Shown here: one piece after another, positions 54,267 to 64,000 of the stretch | Layout: each line of letters starts with the position of its first letter | How positions within the stretch are numbered: position 1 is the stretch's first letter | NCBI GenBank assembly: GCA_046295655.1 | Contig: JBKBMT010000002.1 | Span: 57,139 to 121,138, forward strand | Length of the DNA: 64,000 bases | Origin: Gemmobacter sp. | GTDB taxonomy: Bacteria; Pseudomonadota; Alphaproteobacteria; Rhodobacterales; Rhodobacteraceae | Direction: 5' to 3' | The notes under the pieces: generated by a model | Database searches by the model: none | The model's input: only the letters and a program-made list of their open reading frames with translations | What the model was told of the DNA's origin: nothing | Position numbers and translations under genes: made by a program

Positions 54267-54992
54267 ATGGAGTGGCAGGGCGAGGGCATCCTGCTTGCCG
54301 TGCGCCCGCATGGCGAGAGTGCCGCGATCATCGAGGTCATGACCCTTGCGCAGGGGCGCCACAGCGGCGTCGTGCGCGGTGGAAGCGGGCGGCGCCTGGC
54401 GCCGGTGCTTCAGCCGGGGGCCCAGCTGGCGCTGACCTGGCGGGCCCGGCTGTCCGAACATATCGGCGTCTTCACGGTGGAACCCTTGCGCCAGCGCGCC
54501 CCGGCCCTTCTGGGCGATGCGCGGGCCCTGGCTGGCCTGAGTTCGGTCTGCGCCCTGCTTGTCCGCGTCCTGCCGGAACGTGACCCGCATCCAGGCCTCT
54601 ATCACAGCACGATCGGCCTTCTCGACCGGATCGGCGTCTCGCAGGGCTGGATGGCAGACTATCTGCGATGGGAGCTGGCGCTGCTGGCCGATCTGGGCTT
54701 CGGTCTGGATCTCGAAACCTGCGCCGTGACCGGCAGCGCATCCGATCTCGCCTATGTCAGCCCGCGCACCGGTCGGGCGGTGGCACGCACCGCTGCCGGC
54801 GACTGGGCACCGCGTCTGCTGCCGCTGCCCGGATTCCTGACCGCCGAGGGCGGGCCGGAGGAACCCGCCGCAGTGGCCGAAGGGCTGCGCCTGACGACCC
54901 ATTTCCTCAACCTCGCGCTGGCCGCCGGTGGCGACGGGCGCAGCCTGCCGGAACCGCGGCTCCGCCTTGCCGCCCTGACGGCCCGCGGCTGA
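54267..54992 (+). CDS. recO: DNA repair protein RecO
   Basis: ORF 54093..54992 trimmed to ATG 54267 (MEWQGEGILLAVRPHGESAAIIEVMT...). RWELALLADLGFGLDLETCAVTG is present. Confidence 0.9.
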   Translation: MEWQGEGILLAVRPHGESAAIIEVMTLAQGRHSGVVRGGSGRRLAPVLQPGAQLALTWRARLSEHIGVFTVEPLRQRAPALLGDARALAGLSSVCALLVRVLPERDPHPGLYHSTIGLLDRIGVSQGWMADYLRWELALLADLGFGLDLETCAVTGSASDLAYVSPRTGRAVARTAAGDWAPRLLPLPGFLTAEGGPEEPAAVAEGLRLTTHFLNLALAAGGDGRSLPEPRLRLAALTARG

Positions 54993-55062
54993 GGGCTGCA
55001 ATCGACCCGCACCTGTCGCGCGCGGGACAGACGGTCGCCACCAGCGCAGGTCGGATGCTGCC

Positions 55063-56271
55063 ATGGCGGTCCACCCGATCCCTGCCCCCGTCGCACGCCT
55101 GCCCGCCCGCGGGGCGCGCAGCTTTGCGCTGCTGTCGGGGCTGGAGGCCGGGGTGCGCGCCGCGCTCGTGTCGGTCCTGCCCCTGGAGATGTATCGGGCC
55201 TTCGGCGACGCGGGCACCGTGTCGGGGATCTACTTCGCGGTTGGCTGCCTGTCGTTGCTGGGCGGCCTTCTGGTGCCATGGCTCGCCTCGCGCCTGTCGC
55301 GCCGCTGGACCTATACTGCCGGGGCGATCCTGTTCATGACGGGCCATGCGGCCGGACTTGCGGGGGGGTCGATGATGGCCGTCGCAGTCCTCTGCAATGC
55401 ACTGGGAACGGTCACGGTCTTCATCTGCCTCAACGCCTATGTGATGGACTACATCGCGCGGACCGATCTGGGCCGGACCGAGACGCTGCGGATGTTCTAT
55501 GGCGGCGCAGCATGGACCATGGGGCCGATCCTGGGCGTCCTGGCGCTGGAATGGTGGCGACCCCTGCCTTTCCTGATCGCCGCGGGCCTGGCCTGCATCC
55601 TGCTGGCGGTCTTCTGGTATCTGCGGCTGGGCAACGGCAAGCTCATTGCCCGTGCGCGGGCCCCGGCGCCCAATCCGCTGGCCTATCTTGCCCGGTTCGC
55701 AGCCCAGCCGCGGCTGGTCGTCGGCTGGACCTTCGCGGTCATGCGATCCTCGGCCTGGTGGGTGTTCGTGGTCTATCTGCCGATCTTTGCCGTCGAGGCG
55801 GGGCTCGACGCGCGCATCGGCGGCGCCTCGCTGTCGGCTGCGTCGCTTTTGCTCTTCACCACGCCGGTCATGCTGCGCTGGATGCAGGCGCGTTCGGTCC
55901 GGCGGGCGGTCCGCACCGGATTTGCCGGGGCAGCCGCCTGCTTTGCCCTTGCGACGCTTGTCGCGCCGGTACCCGCCTTCGCCGTCGCGGCACTGCTGGC
56001 GGCGACGCTGTTTCTGGTCCTTCTGGACATCTCGGGCGGCCTGCCCTTCCTGATGGCGGTCAAGCCGTCCGAACGGGTGGAAATGGCCGCGGTCTATTCC
56101 AGCTTCCGCGACGTTTCGGGCATCGTCACGCCAGGCCTTGCGTGGCTGGTGCTGCTGGTCGCCCCGTTGCCGTGGCTCTTCGCGGCCATGGGGGCAGTGC
56201 TTGCCGGGTGCTGGGCGCTTGCCGGAACGCTCAATCCGCGGCTCGGAGCCCGCAGGGTGCCGCAGGCATGA
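55063..56271 (+). CDS. MFS transporter
   Basis: 402 aa with about 12 hydrophobic helices and a loop motif LASRLSRRW between TM2 and TM3. Confidence 0.8.
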   Translation: MAVHPIPAPVARLPARGARSFALLSGLEAGVRAALVSVLPLEMYRAFGDAGTVSGIYFAVGCLSLLGGLLVPWLASRLSRRWTYTAGAILFMTGHAAGLAGGSMMAVAVLCNALGTVTVFICLNAYVMDYIARTDLGRTETLRMFYGGAAWTMGPILGVLALEWWRPLPFLIAAGLACILLAVFWYLRLGNGKLIARARAPAPNPLAYLARFAAQPRLVVGWTFAVMRSSAWWVFVVYLPIFAVEAGLDARIGGASLSAASLLLFTTPVMLRWMQARSVRRAVRTGFAGAAACFALATLVAPVPAFAVAALLAATLFLVLLDISGGLPFLMAVKPSERVEMAAVYSSFRDVSGIVTPGLAWLVLLVAPLPWLFAAMGAVLAGCWALAGTLNPRLGARRVPQA

Positions 56272-56302
56272 CAAGCCCCCGACACCGTGCCAGACTGCCG
56301 CG

Positions 56303-56893
56303 ATGATCGAGGCTCTGGGCAGGCTGCCGCTTCGCGACTGGCTGATCGTCGCAGCCGGTCTGGGACTTGTCGCCGGGCTGGAGGTCACGAAACCGGGCGC
56401 CAGGGGCAACGGTCCGCTCAGCTTTCCGCGCGAGGCCGTGGTTCGCGACCTTGTCGCGCAGGCGCGCGACGAGGTGCAGGAACAGAACTTCCGCACGGAA
56501 TTCGCCACCCGCGACTATTTCGGTGCCTTTGCCATTGCCCCGGATGGAAGCCACGCCTGGAGCTATGGCTATGGTACCATGGCGGCGGCGGAACAGGGGG
56601 CCTTGAGCCGCTGCGCGACCGTCGCCGAGAACTGCCGCGTGACCAGCATCCTCGTGCCCCGGGTCTGGAACGGAGAGGAGGACACGCTGTCCTGGCAGCA
56701 GGCGCAGCTTCTGGCCGAGGTGGCGGCGCAGTCGGGGCCGCGTGCGGTGGCGGTTTCGGCCGATGGGGCGCGCGCGGCCGGGCACGGCCCGTTTGCCGAA
56801 CGCGATGCGCTGTCAGGCTGCGACCGGGCACGCCAGACGGGATCGGGCTTGCCCGAACATCGCTGCCGGATCGTCGGGCTGTGGTCCGAGTGA
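56303..56893 (+). CDS. hypothetical membrane-anchored protein with two DUF4189-like repeats
   Basis: In-frame ATG 56303 within ORF 56138..56893. TM WLIVAAGLGLVAGL. Two similar modules: GAFAIAPDGSHAWSYGYGTMAAAEQGALSRCATVAENCRV and AVAVSADGARAAGHGPFAERDALSGCDRARQ...RCRIV. Confidence 0.5.
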   Translation: MIEALGRLPLRDWLIVAAGLGLVAGLEVTKPGARGNGPLSFPREAVVRDLVAQARDEVQEQNFRTEFATRDYFGAFAIAPDGSHAWSYGYGTMAAAEQGALSRCATVAENCRVTSILVPRVWNGEEDTLSWQQAQLLAEVAAQSGPRAVAVSADGARAAGHGPFAERDALSGCDRARQTGSGLPEHRCRIVGLWSE

Positions 56894-56917
56894 GCCGGGC
56901 GCCGTCCCGGTCGGCGG

Positions 56918-57943
56918 TCACGCCCGCCCGGTGCCGACCAGGCTGGCCGCTGTCTGGCGGACGGCCTCGTCCGCCGGCAAGAAATCGATACCCAGCAGGT
57001 CGCGGGCGCGCTGGTTCGAGACCTCGATACGTTTTCCCAGCGCCGGGGTGATCGTGCGAACCTCGGCATCGAACAGGCCAAGCAACCGGATCATCCAGTC
57101 CGGCGCGACACGGGTGCCGATCCGACGCTCGGGGTGGGCAGCCTTGAGGATGGATGCCATGTCGTGGAACCAGAGGAACCGCTCGGCGACGATGACCCGC
57201 TTCCCGGCGGTCTCCTCGCGTTCGAGCGCGCGCAGATGCGCGAGCGCGACATCGCGGACATCGACGACGGGAAAGCCGATCCTCGGCTGAAGAGGATCGC
57301 GCCCGGAGAGGATCCGTCGGATGGTGCCGATCGAGGTTCCCGCGTCGGAGCCGATCGGCGGGCCCATCACGAAGCCGGGCAGGATGGTGGTCAACGAGAG
57401 CGCTTGACCCTCTTCGGCCACGAAGTCCCAGGCGGCGCGCTCTGCAAGCGTCTTCGAGATCTCGTAGGGGGTGATCCCCGGCATCTCGGGATCGGACCAG
57501 TCGTCTTCGTCGCGGATGCTGCGCTGTTCAGGCAGGGCGCTGCGCATGACGGCGACGATCGAGGAGGTCAGGATCACCCGGCCCACACCTGAGCCATTGG
57601 CCGCGCGCAGCGCTCGGAGCGTGCCTTCGACCGCCGGACGGATGACGGCCTGCGGATCCTTCGGATCGGACATCGGAAAGGGCGAGGCGGTATGGATCAC
57701 CGCATCGACCCCCTCCGCCGCTTCGGCCCAGCCGGCGTCATCCTCGAGATCGAGCGCGACGAAGCTCAGCCGCTCGACGTTCGAAGGATCGGCCAGATGC
57801 GGGCGCAAAGCTGCGCGCAACTCGTCGCCCCTGGCCGGATCGCGCAGCGACCCTCGCACGGCGTGTCCCGAATCGAGAAGCCGCAGCGCGATGTGCCGGG
57901 CGATGAACCCTGAAACGCCGGTCAGCAGCACGGCTCCGGGCAT
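56918..57943 (-). CDS. NAD(P)-dependent epimerase/dehydratase family (extended SDR) oxidoreductase
   Basis: ATG 57943 with GGAG 8-11 nt upstream is preferred over GTG 57955. Rossmann motif LLTGVSGFIARH and YEISKTLAE (YxxxK). Confidence 0.85.
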   Translation of the reverse strand: MPGAVLLTGVSGFIARHIALRLLDSGHAVRGSLRDPARGDELRAALRPHLADPSNVERLSFVALDLEDDAGWAEAAEGVDAVIHTASPFPMSDPKDPQAVIRPAVEGTLRALRAANGSGVGRVILTSSIVAVMRSALPEQRSIRDEDDWSDPEMPGITPYEISKTLAERAAWDFVAEEGQALSLTTILPGFVMGPPIGSDAGTSIGTIRRILSGRDPLQPRIGFPVVDVRDVALAHLRALEREETAGKRVIVAERFLWFHDMASILKAAHPERRIGTRVAPDWMIRLLGLFDAEVRTITPALGKRIEVSNQRARDLLGIDFLPADEAVRQTAASLVGTGRA

Positions 57944-58073
57944 GGCACGCTCCACCGTCGCGTGGCACGATAGCTCTGGTAGCGTAGCACAACCGGATGC
58001 AATTGACGAGTGCGGCGACAGACAGCCGCGCGGACGGGGCGGCAGCGGCCGCCACCTGCCTGTGGTGGGCGCG

Positions 58074-59756
58074 TCACTCCAGCAGGCGCCGCGCGATCAC
58101 CTGCGCCTGGATCTCGGCCGCACCCTCGAAGATGTTGAGGATCCGCGCGTCGCACAGGATGCGGCTGATCTGGTACTCCAGCGCAAATCCGTTGCCGCCG
58201 TGGATCTGCAAGGCATTGTCCGCGGCCGCCCAGGCAACCCGGGCGCCCAGAAGCTTGGCCATCCCGGCCTCCAGATCGCAACGCTTGTGGTGATCCTTCT
58301 GCCACGCGCTGAAATAGGTCAGCTGCCGTGCGATCATGATCTCGACCGCCATCATCGCGAGCTTGTCCGCCACCCGCGGGAACTCGATCAGCGGACGGCC
58401 GAACTGCACCCTGTCCTCGGCATATTTCAGACCGACCTCGAGCGCGTTCTGTGCAACCCCGATGGCGCGCGCCGCCGTCTGGATGCGGGCGGATTCGAAG
58501 GTCTGCATGAGCTGCTTGAAGCCCTGCCCCTCGACTGCGCCCAGGAGGTTCTCGCCGCGGACGCGGAAACCGTCGAAATTGACGGTGTATTCCTTCATCC
58601 CGCGATAGCCCAGCACCTCGATCTCGCCGCCCGACAGACCGGGATCGACAAAAGGATGGTCGTCGGTGCCCGGCGTCTTCTCTGCCAGGAACATGCTGAG
58701 GCCGCGGTAATCCGTGGTCCCCTCGATGGTGCGGGCGAGCACAGTCATCACATGGGTGCGCGCGGCATGCGTGATCCACGTCTTGTTACCGGTGATCACC
58801 CAGTCATCGCCGTCGCGCCGCGCCCGCGTGCGCAGGCTGCCGAGGTCGGACCCGGTGTTGGGCTCGGTAAAGACGGCGGTGGGCAGGATCGCGCCCGACG
58901 CCAACCCGGGCAGCCATTTCGCCTTCTGCTCGGGCGTGCCACCGCACAGGATCAGCTCTGCCGCGATTTCCGACCGGGTGCCCAGCGAACCGACCCCGAT
59001 ATAGCCGCGCGAAAGTTCCTCGGACACGACCACCATGCTGGCTTTCGAAAGGCCAAGCCCGCCGAATTCCTCGGGGATGGTAAGCCCGAAGACCCCGAGC
59101 TCGGCCAGATCCTCGATGACCCGCATCGGGATCAGTTCGTCCCGCAGATGCCAGTCATGCGCATGGGGTGCCACCTTCTCGTCCGAGAAGCGCCGGAACT
59201 GGTCGCGGATCATCTCCAGCTCTTCGTCCAGGCCCGTGGCGCCGAAGGTGGCCCGGCCGTGGTTCTCGCGCATCAGCGCGACCAGCCGGGCACGCGCGGC
59301 GGTGCTGTTGGCGCCGGCAGTCAGGTCCGTAATCGCAGGTGTCTTCAGCGACGCCAGTGCGTCTGCCGAGAGGCCGAGGTCGGACAGGCGAAGGATCTCG
59401 CCCTGATTCATGGGGATGCCGCCCTCGATCTGCGCAAGGTATTCCCCAAAGCCGATCTGAAGGATCAGCGCCTCCATCTCGCCGAACCGGCCCGCCGCAT
59501 CCAGCCGCCCGGCCCAGGCGCGCATCTGCCGCAGCGCCTCGACATAGGTTGCGAGCCACGCGAGCCCGTGCGCTGCGCGCTGGTCGCGGTCCATCAAGGC
59601 GGCAGACACCCTTCCGCCGGGCGCCAACCGCTCGCGCAGACGTGCCGTCGCGGTGTCGAGCAGGGCGGCGAGCGCCGGTATCGCCTCGTCGGTGCGGGCC
59701 AGCAAGCCGCTGATCAGCGCCGGTTCCATGCTTGCATCCTGCCCATCATGCGCCAT
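58074..59756 (-). CDS. acyl-CoA dehydrogenase family protein (long N-terminal extension)
   Basis: VFTEPNTGSDLGS, GNKTWITHA and LQIHGGNGFALEYQISRILCDARILNIFEGAAEIQ. ATG 59729 (MEPALIS) is an alternative start. Confidence 0.9.
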   Translation of the reverse strand: MAHDGQDASMEPALISGLLARTDEAIPALAALLDTATARLRERLAPGGRVSAALMDRDQRAAHGLAWLATYVEALRQMRAWAGRLDAAGRFGEMEALILQIGFGEYLAQIEGGIPMNQGEILRLSDLGLSADALASLKTPAITDLTAGANSTAARARLVALMRENHGRATFGATGLDEELEMIRDQFRRFSDEKVAPHAHDWHLRDELIPMRVIEDLAELGVFGLTIPEEFGGLGLSKASMVVVSEELSRGYIGVGSLGTRSEIAAELILCGGTPEQKAKWLPGLASGAILPTAVFTEPNTGSDLGSLRTRARRDGDDWVITGNKTWITHAARTHVMTVLARTIEGTTDYRGLSMFLAEKTPGTDDHPFVDPGLSGGEIEVLGYRGMKEYTVNFDGFRVRGENLLGAVEGQGFKQLMQTFESARIQTAARAIGVAQNALEVGLKYAEDRVQFGRPLIEFPRVADKLAMMAVEIMIARQLTYFSAWQKDHHKRCDLEAGMAKLLGARVAWAAADNALQIHGGNGFALEYQISRILCDARILNIFEGAAEIQAQVIARRLLE

Positions 59757-59934
59757 GTTCGGTCCCCTGCGATCTATCCTGACGGTGCGAGATAGGTCGT
59801 TTGCAGGTGCAGCGCAACATTAATTCGCTCGGCAACCGATGCACGCATGAAAGTGTCGCGCGGTTCGGCCGATCAGAGGCCGTGCGCAGCCTTCCCGGTT
59901 GGGCTATCGGTTGACCCGAAACAGGGGAATCGCA

Positions 59935-60705
59935 GTGGAATACATTCAGGGCGGCCTGCCGGCCGTTGCGTTCTGGGCGGCATGCGGGATCGCGCTGTTT
60001 GCAGGATTCGTGAAGGGCGTCGTGGGCTTTGCGATGCCGCTGATCATGATTTCCGCCTTCGGATCGTTCATGCCTCCCGAAACCGCGCTTGCCGGTCTGG
60101 TGGTCGCGACCCTGACCACGAACCTGCATCAGGCACTGCGGTGGGGCGGCCGTGCGGCATGGGAGACGGTCGCGACCTATCGACGGATGATCCTGGCCCT
60201 GGTGGCGGGGATCTTCGTGTCCGCCCCCTTTGTCGCGATCATGCCGCAGGCGCTGCTGTTCGCCCTGATGGGCGTCCCGATCGTGGCATATGCCGCGGTG
60301 CAGCTTGCCGGGCGAAGCCTTGCCCTGCCGATCGGCAACCGGCGCCGGGCGGAATACGGGCTGGGTGCGATAGGCGGGCTGTACGGCGGACTTTCCGGCG
60401 TCTGGGGACCGCCGGTTCTTGTCTATCTGCTGTCCGTCCGCGCAGGCAAGGCCGAGGCCGTCCGGGTTCAGGGCGTGGTGTTCCTGATCGGAATGATCGC
60501 CTTCGCCGGCGCGCATCTGGCGAGCGGTGTCCTCAACGCGACGACCCTGCCGTTTTCCGCCGCGCTGGCGATACCGGCGGCCCTGGGCATGATCGCGGGC
60601 TTCCGCGTCCAGGACCGGCTGGACGCAGAGCGGTTCCGGTGGTGGACCCTCGCCCTTCTGCTGCTGACCGGCCTGAACCTTGTCCGGCGCGCGGTTCTGG
60701 GCTGA
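59935..60705 (+). CDS. TauE/SafE family sulfite/organosulfonate exporter-like membrane protein
   Basis: ORF trimmed to GTG 59935 with AGGGGAA upstream. GFVKGVVGFAMPLIMI plus a second-half repeat GGLYGGLSGVWGPPVLVYL. Confidence 0.8.
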   Translation: MEYIQGGLPAVAFWAACGIALFAGFVKGVVGFAMPLIMISAFGSFMPPETALAGLVVATLTTNLHQALRWGGRAAWETVATYRRMILALVAGIFVSAPFVAIMPQALLFALMGVPIVAYAAVQLAGRSLALPIGNRRRAEYGLGAIGGLYGGLSGVWGPPVLVYLLSVRAGKAEAVRVQGVVFLIGMIAFAGAHLASGVLNATTLPFSAALAIPAALGMIAGFRVQDRLDAERFRWWTLALLLLTGLNLVRRAVLG

Positions 60706-60719
60706 GCGGCGGGGCAATG

Positions 60720-62318
60720 TCAGCCGATAGCCGCCGCCTTGATGTCGTCGTCGATGAAGGGGACGTATTGCGCGAAATTGTCGGCAAACATCTGCACCAG
60801 ACGGCGCGCCTGGACGTCATACGCGGCCGGATCGGCCCAGGTGCCGCGCGGGTCCAGAAGCGCGGTCTCGACGCCCGGAACCGCCACCGGAACCTCGAAG
60901 CCGAAATTCGCGTCCCGCCGGAACGTCACCGCGTTCAGCGAGCCGTCCAGCGCTGCCGTCAGCAAGGCTCGCGTCGCCCGGATCGGCATTCGCTGCCCGG
61001 TTCCGTAGGCCCCGCCGGTCCAGCCCGTGTTCACCAGCCAGCAGGTTGCGCCGTGGCGGGCAATCTTTTCCTGCAGAAGCTTGCCGTAGACCTCGGGCCT
61101 GCGCGGCATGAAGGGCGCGCCGAAACATGTCGAGAACGTCGGCTGCGGTTCCGTGACGCCGCGTTCGGTTCCGGCCACCTTGGCGGTGAATCCGGAAAGG
61201 AAGTGATACATCGCCTGCGCGGGCGTCAGCCGCGCGATCGGAGGCAGAACGCCGAAGGCATCGCAGGTCAGCATGATGATATTCTTCGGATGCCCGCCGA
61301 GCGACGACACCGAAGCGTTGGAGATCGCATCGAGCGGATAGGCGACGCGCGTGTTTGCGGTCAGGCTGTCGTCGTCGAAATCCAGCACCAGCGTCTCGGG
61401 GTCGTAGACCATGTTCTCGACCACCGAACCGAAGCGCGATGTGGTGGCATAGATTTCCGGCTCGGCCTCGGCGCTGAGGTTGATCGTCTTGGCATAGCAG
61501 CCGCCCTCGAAGTTGAAGGTGCCGCTGTCGGACCAGCCGTGTTCGTCGTCGCCGATCAGGATCCGCCCGGGGTCGGCCGAGAGCGTGGTCTTGCCCGTGC
61601 CCGACAGGCCGAAGAAGACCGCCGTCTGCCCGGCGTCGCCCAGGGCATGGTTGGCCGAGCAGTGCATCGGCATCACGCCCTTTTCCGGCAGCAGATAGTT
61701 CAGCAGCGTGAACACCGACTTCTTGTTCTCTCCGGCATAGGCCGTGTTGCCGATGAGGACCATGCGGCGGTCGAAGTTCAGCGCGATCACGGTCTGGCTG
61801 CGGGTGCCGTGTCGGGCCGGATCGGCCTTGAACGACGGCACATTGACGATCGTCCAGTCCGGCGTGAAGTCCTCGAGCTCGGCGCGCTGCGGGCGACGCA
61901 GGAGATGCCGGATGAAAAGCGCATGCCAGGCGAGTTCGGTGACCACCCGGACATCCAGCCGGTGCGCGGGATCGGCCCCCGCATAGAGATCCTGAACGAA
62001 GACGTCACGTCCCTTCAGATGTTCGAGCATGTCGGCATAGAGGCGGTCGAAGGCTTCGGGAGCCATCGGCGCATTGTTCTCCCACCAGATGCTGGCCTCC
62101 ACCGACGGGGTCCGGACCACGAACTTGTCCTTCGGCGAACGGCCGGTGTGCGTGCCCGTATTGACCAGCAGCGCGCCCCCAAGCCCCAGCCTGCCCTCGC
62201 CCCGGGCCACCGCCTGCTCCACAAGCGCCGGCTCGATCAGGTTGTACCATGCGTTGGCGAGCCCCGTGATGCCCTGGTGTTCGAGCTGGCATCCGGAATT
62301 CACGCGTCCGTGGATCAT
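60720..62318 (-). CDS. pckA: phosphoenolpyruvate carboxykinase (ATP)
   Basis: ORF 60720..62489 trimmed to ATG 62318 (GGAG upstream). TGRSPKDKF, kinase-1a [11 protein letters not shown] and IGDDEHGW are present. Confidence 0.95.
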   Translation of the reverse strand: MIHGRVNSGCQLEHQGITGLANAWYNLIEPALVEQAVARGEGRLGLGGALLVNTGTHTGRSPKDKFVVRTPSVEASIWWENNAPMAPEAFDRLYADMLEHLKGRDVFVQDLYAGADPAHRLDVRVVTELAWHALFIRHLLRRPQRAELEDFTPDWTIVNVPSFKADPARHGTRSQTVIALNFDRRMVLIGNTAYAGENKKSVFTLLNYLLPEKGVMPMHCSANHALGDAGQTAVFFGLSGTGKTTLSADPGRILIGDDEHGWSDSGTFNFEGGCYAKTINLSAEAEPEIYATTSRFGSVVENMVYDPETLVLDFDDDSLTANTRVAYPLDAISNASVSSLGGHPKNIIMLTCDAFGVLPPIARLTPAQAMYHFLSGFTAKVAGTERGVTEPQPTFSTCFGAPFMPRRPEVYGKLLQEKIARHGATCWLVNTGWTGGAYGTGQRMPIRATRALLTAALDGSLNAVTFRRDANFGFEVPVAVPGVETALLDPRGTWADPAAYDVQARRLVQMFADNFAQYVPFIDDDIKAAAIG

Positions 62319-62475
62319 GTCAAAGGCTCCTGTCGCCGTGGCGGCGTAAGACGGTCTGATGACGGCTGCGAGGGACAGCCCGGTGACGATAGGCCGGCCG
62401 TCCCGTCCCCTCGGGAAAGCCGTCACGCGCCCTATACCATGACGGTTTCGCGAAGGAACAGGATGCAGTGCCCGA

Positions 62476-62507
62476 GTTAGCGCAACCAACCATCTGTTAG
62501 CGCAACC
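62476..62507. promoter_or_regulatory. two copies of GTTAGCGCAACC spaced 20 bp start-to-start in the pckA/chvI divergent intergenic region (candidate operator)
   Basis: Exact 12-mers at 62476-62487 and 62496-62507. Each is near-palindromic: GTTAGCGC(T)AAC would be a perfect dyad. Confidence 0.35.
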
Positions 62508-62667
62508 CGGTCCCCGGATTGCGGCAAATTAGCCATTCCTTCGGAAATTTTTCGTTTCCTGCTTCGGATCAACCCGCCGATTCGCACTTCGCTGTTGATT
62601 CCCGTGCCGGGCGAACGGACAATGTGCGGAAAACTCGAGCAGCGAAACAGAACGAAGGAATACAGGC

Positions 62668-63369
62668 ATGTCGCGCATTGCCCTCGTGGATGACGACAGG
62701 AACATTCTCACCTCGGTCTCGATGACGCTCGAGGCGGAGGGGTTCGAGGTGGAGACCTACAACGACGGTCAGTCGGCGCTCGACGCCTTCAACCGACGCA
62801 TGCCGGACATGGCAGTGCTGGACATAAAGATGCCGCGGATGGACGGCATGGATCTGCTTCAGCGCCTCCGCCAGAAGACGAACATGCCGGTGATCTTCCT
62901 GACATCGAAGGACGACGAGATCGACGAGCTGCTGGGTCTGCGCATGGGCGCGGACGACTATGTCAAGAAACCCTTCAGCCAGCGCCTGCTGGTCGAACGG
63001 ATCCGGGCGCTGTTGCGCCGGCAGGAGGCGCTGGCCTCGGGCGAAATGACGGTTGCCGACGAAAGCAAGGTGCTGGAGCGCGGCAGCCTGCGTATGGATC
63101 CGCTGCGCCATTCGGTGACGTGGAAGGGCCAGGACGTCGCCCTGACGGTGACCGAATTCCTGCTGTTGCAGGCGCTTGCCCAGCGTCCGGGCTTCGTCAA
63201 GAGCCGCGACCAGCTGATGGATGTGGCCTATGACGACCAGGTCTATGTCGATGACCGCACCATCGACAGCCACATCAAGCGCTTGCGCAAGAAGATGCGG
63301 GCGGTCGATCCCGATTTCTCGGCGATCGAGACGCTCTACGGCATCGGCTACCGCTACAACGAAGAATAA
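62668..63369 (+). CDS. chvI: OmpR-family two-component response regulator ChvI
   Basis: [28 protein letters not shown]...[13 protein letters not shown]...[33 protein letters not shown]. Divergent from pckA and followed by a ChvG-like kinase. Confidence 0.9.
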   Translation: MSRIALVDDDRNILTSVSMTLEAEGFEVETYNDGQSALDAFNRRMPDMAVLDIKMPRMDGMDLLQRLRQKTNMPVIFLTSKDDEIDELLGLRMGADDYVKKPFSQRLLVERIRALLRRQEALASGEMTVADESKVLERGSLRMDPLRHSVTWKGQDVALTVTEFLLLQALAQRPGFVKSRDQLMDVAYDDQVYVDDRTIDSHIKRLRKKMRAVDPDFSAIETLYGIGYRYNEE

Positions 63370-64000
63370 TGACCCTCGCAACCCGGATTCCGGCCGAGGC
63401 AGCCAAGCCTGCGCTGCATCAGCAGCCCGGCGTGCTGATCGGCGAGGACTGGGTTGCGCCCGACGAGTCGCCCGAGGGGCTTGCGCGGTCGCGGTCGCGC
63501 CGGCGCGCGCTCCTGTCGCTGAACCGCTCGCCCCTCGCGCGCAAGATCGTGGTCTTCAACCTGCTCGCGCTGATCGTCCTGGTCGGCGGGGTGATGATGC
63601 TGAACCCGTTCCGCGACAGCCTGGTGCTGCAGCGGGAAAGCGGTCTGGTGACCGAGGCGCGGCTGATCGCCGAACTGATCGAGGCACGCAGCCCACCCGC
63701 CCCGATCCCGATCGCTCCGGTCGCCCGGGCCATCACCGCACCGGAAACGCTCGACCGGCTGGGGATTGCGGGCGGGACCGAGATGTTCGTGTTCGACCGT
63801 TCGGGCACCCTGGTGGCCAGCACCGAAGGCCAGGTGCGCGACAGCCGCGTCCCGGCCGCTCGGCCCGAAGAACGGGTCACGGTGCTGACCGACCTGCTGA
63901 ATTCGCTCTGGGAAGGAATGTCGGGCCTGTTCAGCGCGACCGATCGCGCGATGCAGGACGACAACGGCGCCGGTGCCGCCCGGGCGCTGCTTGACAAGGC
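63369..64000 (+). CDS. chvG: sensor histidine kinase ChvG/ExoS-like, N-terminal part (runs off the right edge)
   Basis: ATG 63369 overlaps the chvI stop (TAATG). My translation reads [28 protein letters not shown]...LARKIVVFNLLALIVLVGGVMMLNPFRDSLVLQRESGLVTEARLIAELIE, the TM1 plus periplasmic domain pattern of ChvG. Confidence 0.8.
   Translation, partial: MTLATRIPAEAAKPALHQQPGVLIGEDWVAPDESPEGLARSRSRRRALLSLNRSPLARKIVVFNLLALIVLVGGVMMLNPFRDSLVLQRESGLVTEARLIAELIEARSPPAPIPIAPVARAITAPETLDRLGIAGGTEMFVFDRSGTLVASTEGQVRDSRVPAARPEERVTVLTDLLNSLWEGMSGLFSATDRAMQDDNGAGAARALLDK

Noticed and set aside
57471-62480. 774-aa (57471..59795) and 877-aa (59847..62480) plus-strand ORFs
   Set aside because: They are antisense to the SDR, acyl-CoA dehydrogenase and pckA genes. 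The second also overlaps the TauE-like gene in another frame. There are no recognisable domains, so I treat them as GC-driven open frames.

Overview
Visibly GC-rich, densely packed chromosomal segment with alphaproteobacterial (Rhodobacterales-like) gene content. I support about 67 protein-coding genes, most of them core housekeeping. These include olsBA, glcB, pepN, gatB, cobS-cobT, rpoH, uvrA, dnaG-rpoD, ispH, folK-rpoZ-spoT, pdxJ-acpS-lepB-rnc-era-recO, pckA and chvI-chvG. I saw no rRNA, tRNA, CRISPR array, IS element or integrase. Many ORF-track entries carry artefactual N-terminal extensions or are antisense 'shadow' ORFs typical of high-GC DNA. I trimmed starts using RBS position, 4-nt start/stop overlaps and protein N-termini. 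Two direct-repeat SOS (LexA) boxes are readable, one upstream of uvrA and one on the start of a radical-SAM / DUF4130-UdgX pair. That SOS-fronted pair is my best candidate for a poorly understood system. Other accessory-looking spots:
- An ECF sigma / anti-sigma / fasciclin / Tat-signal MsrB block between the bolA/J-domain pair and cobS-cobT.
- A LysR / C-N hydrolase / RraA-like / TRAP transporter locus.
- A PEP-CTERM-like (VPLPA-type) secreted protein gene between pdxJ and acpS.
- A 357-bp structured non-coding leader upstream of an lldD-like gene.
- An orphan hairpin plus U-tract just upstream of the uvrA SOS box.
- A 12-bp direct repeat in the pckA-chvI intergenic region.
Nothing here amounts to a clearly novel multi-gene system. 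All family assignments come from reading the translations by eye, with no searches run.
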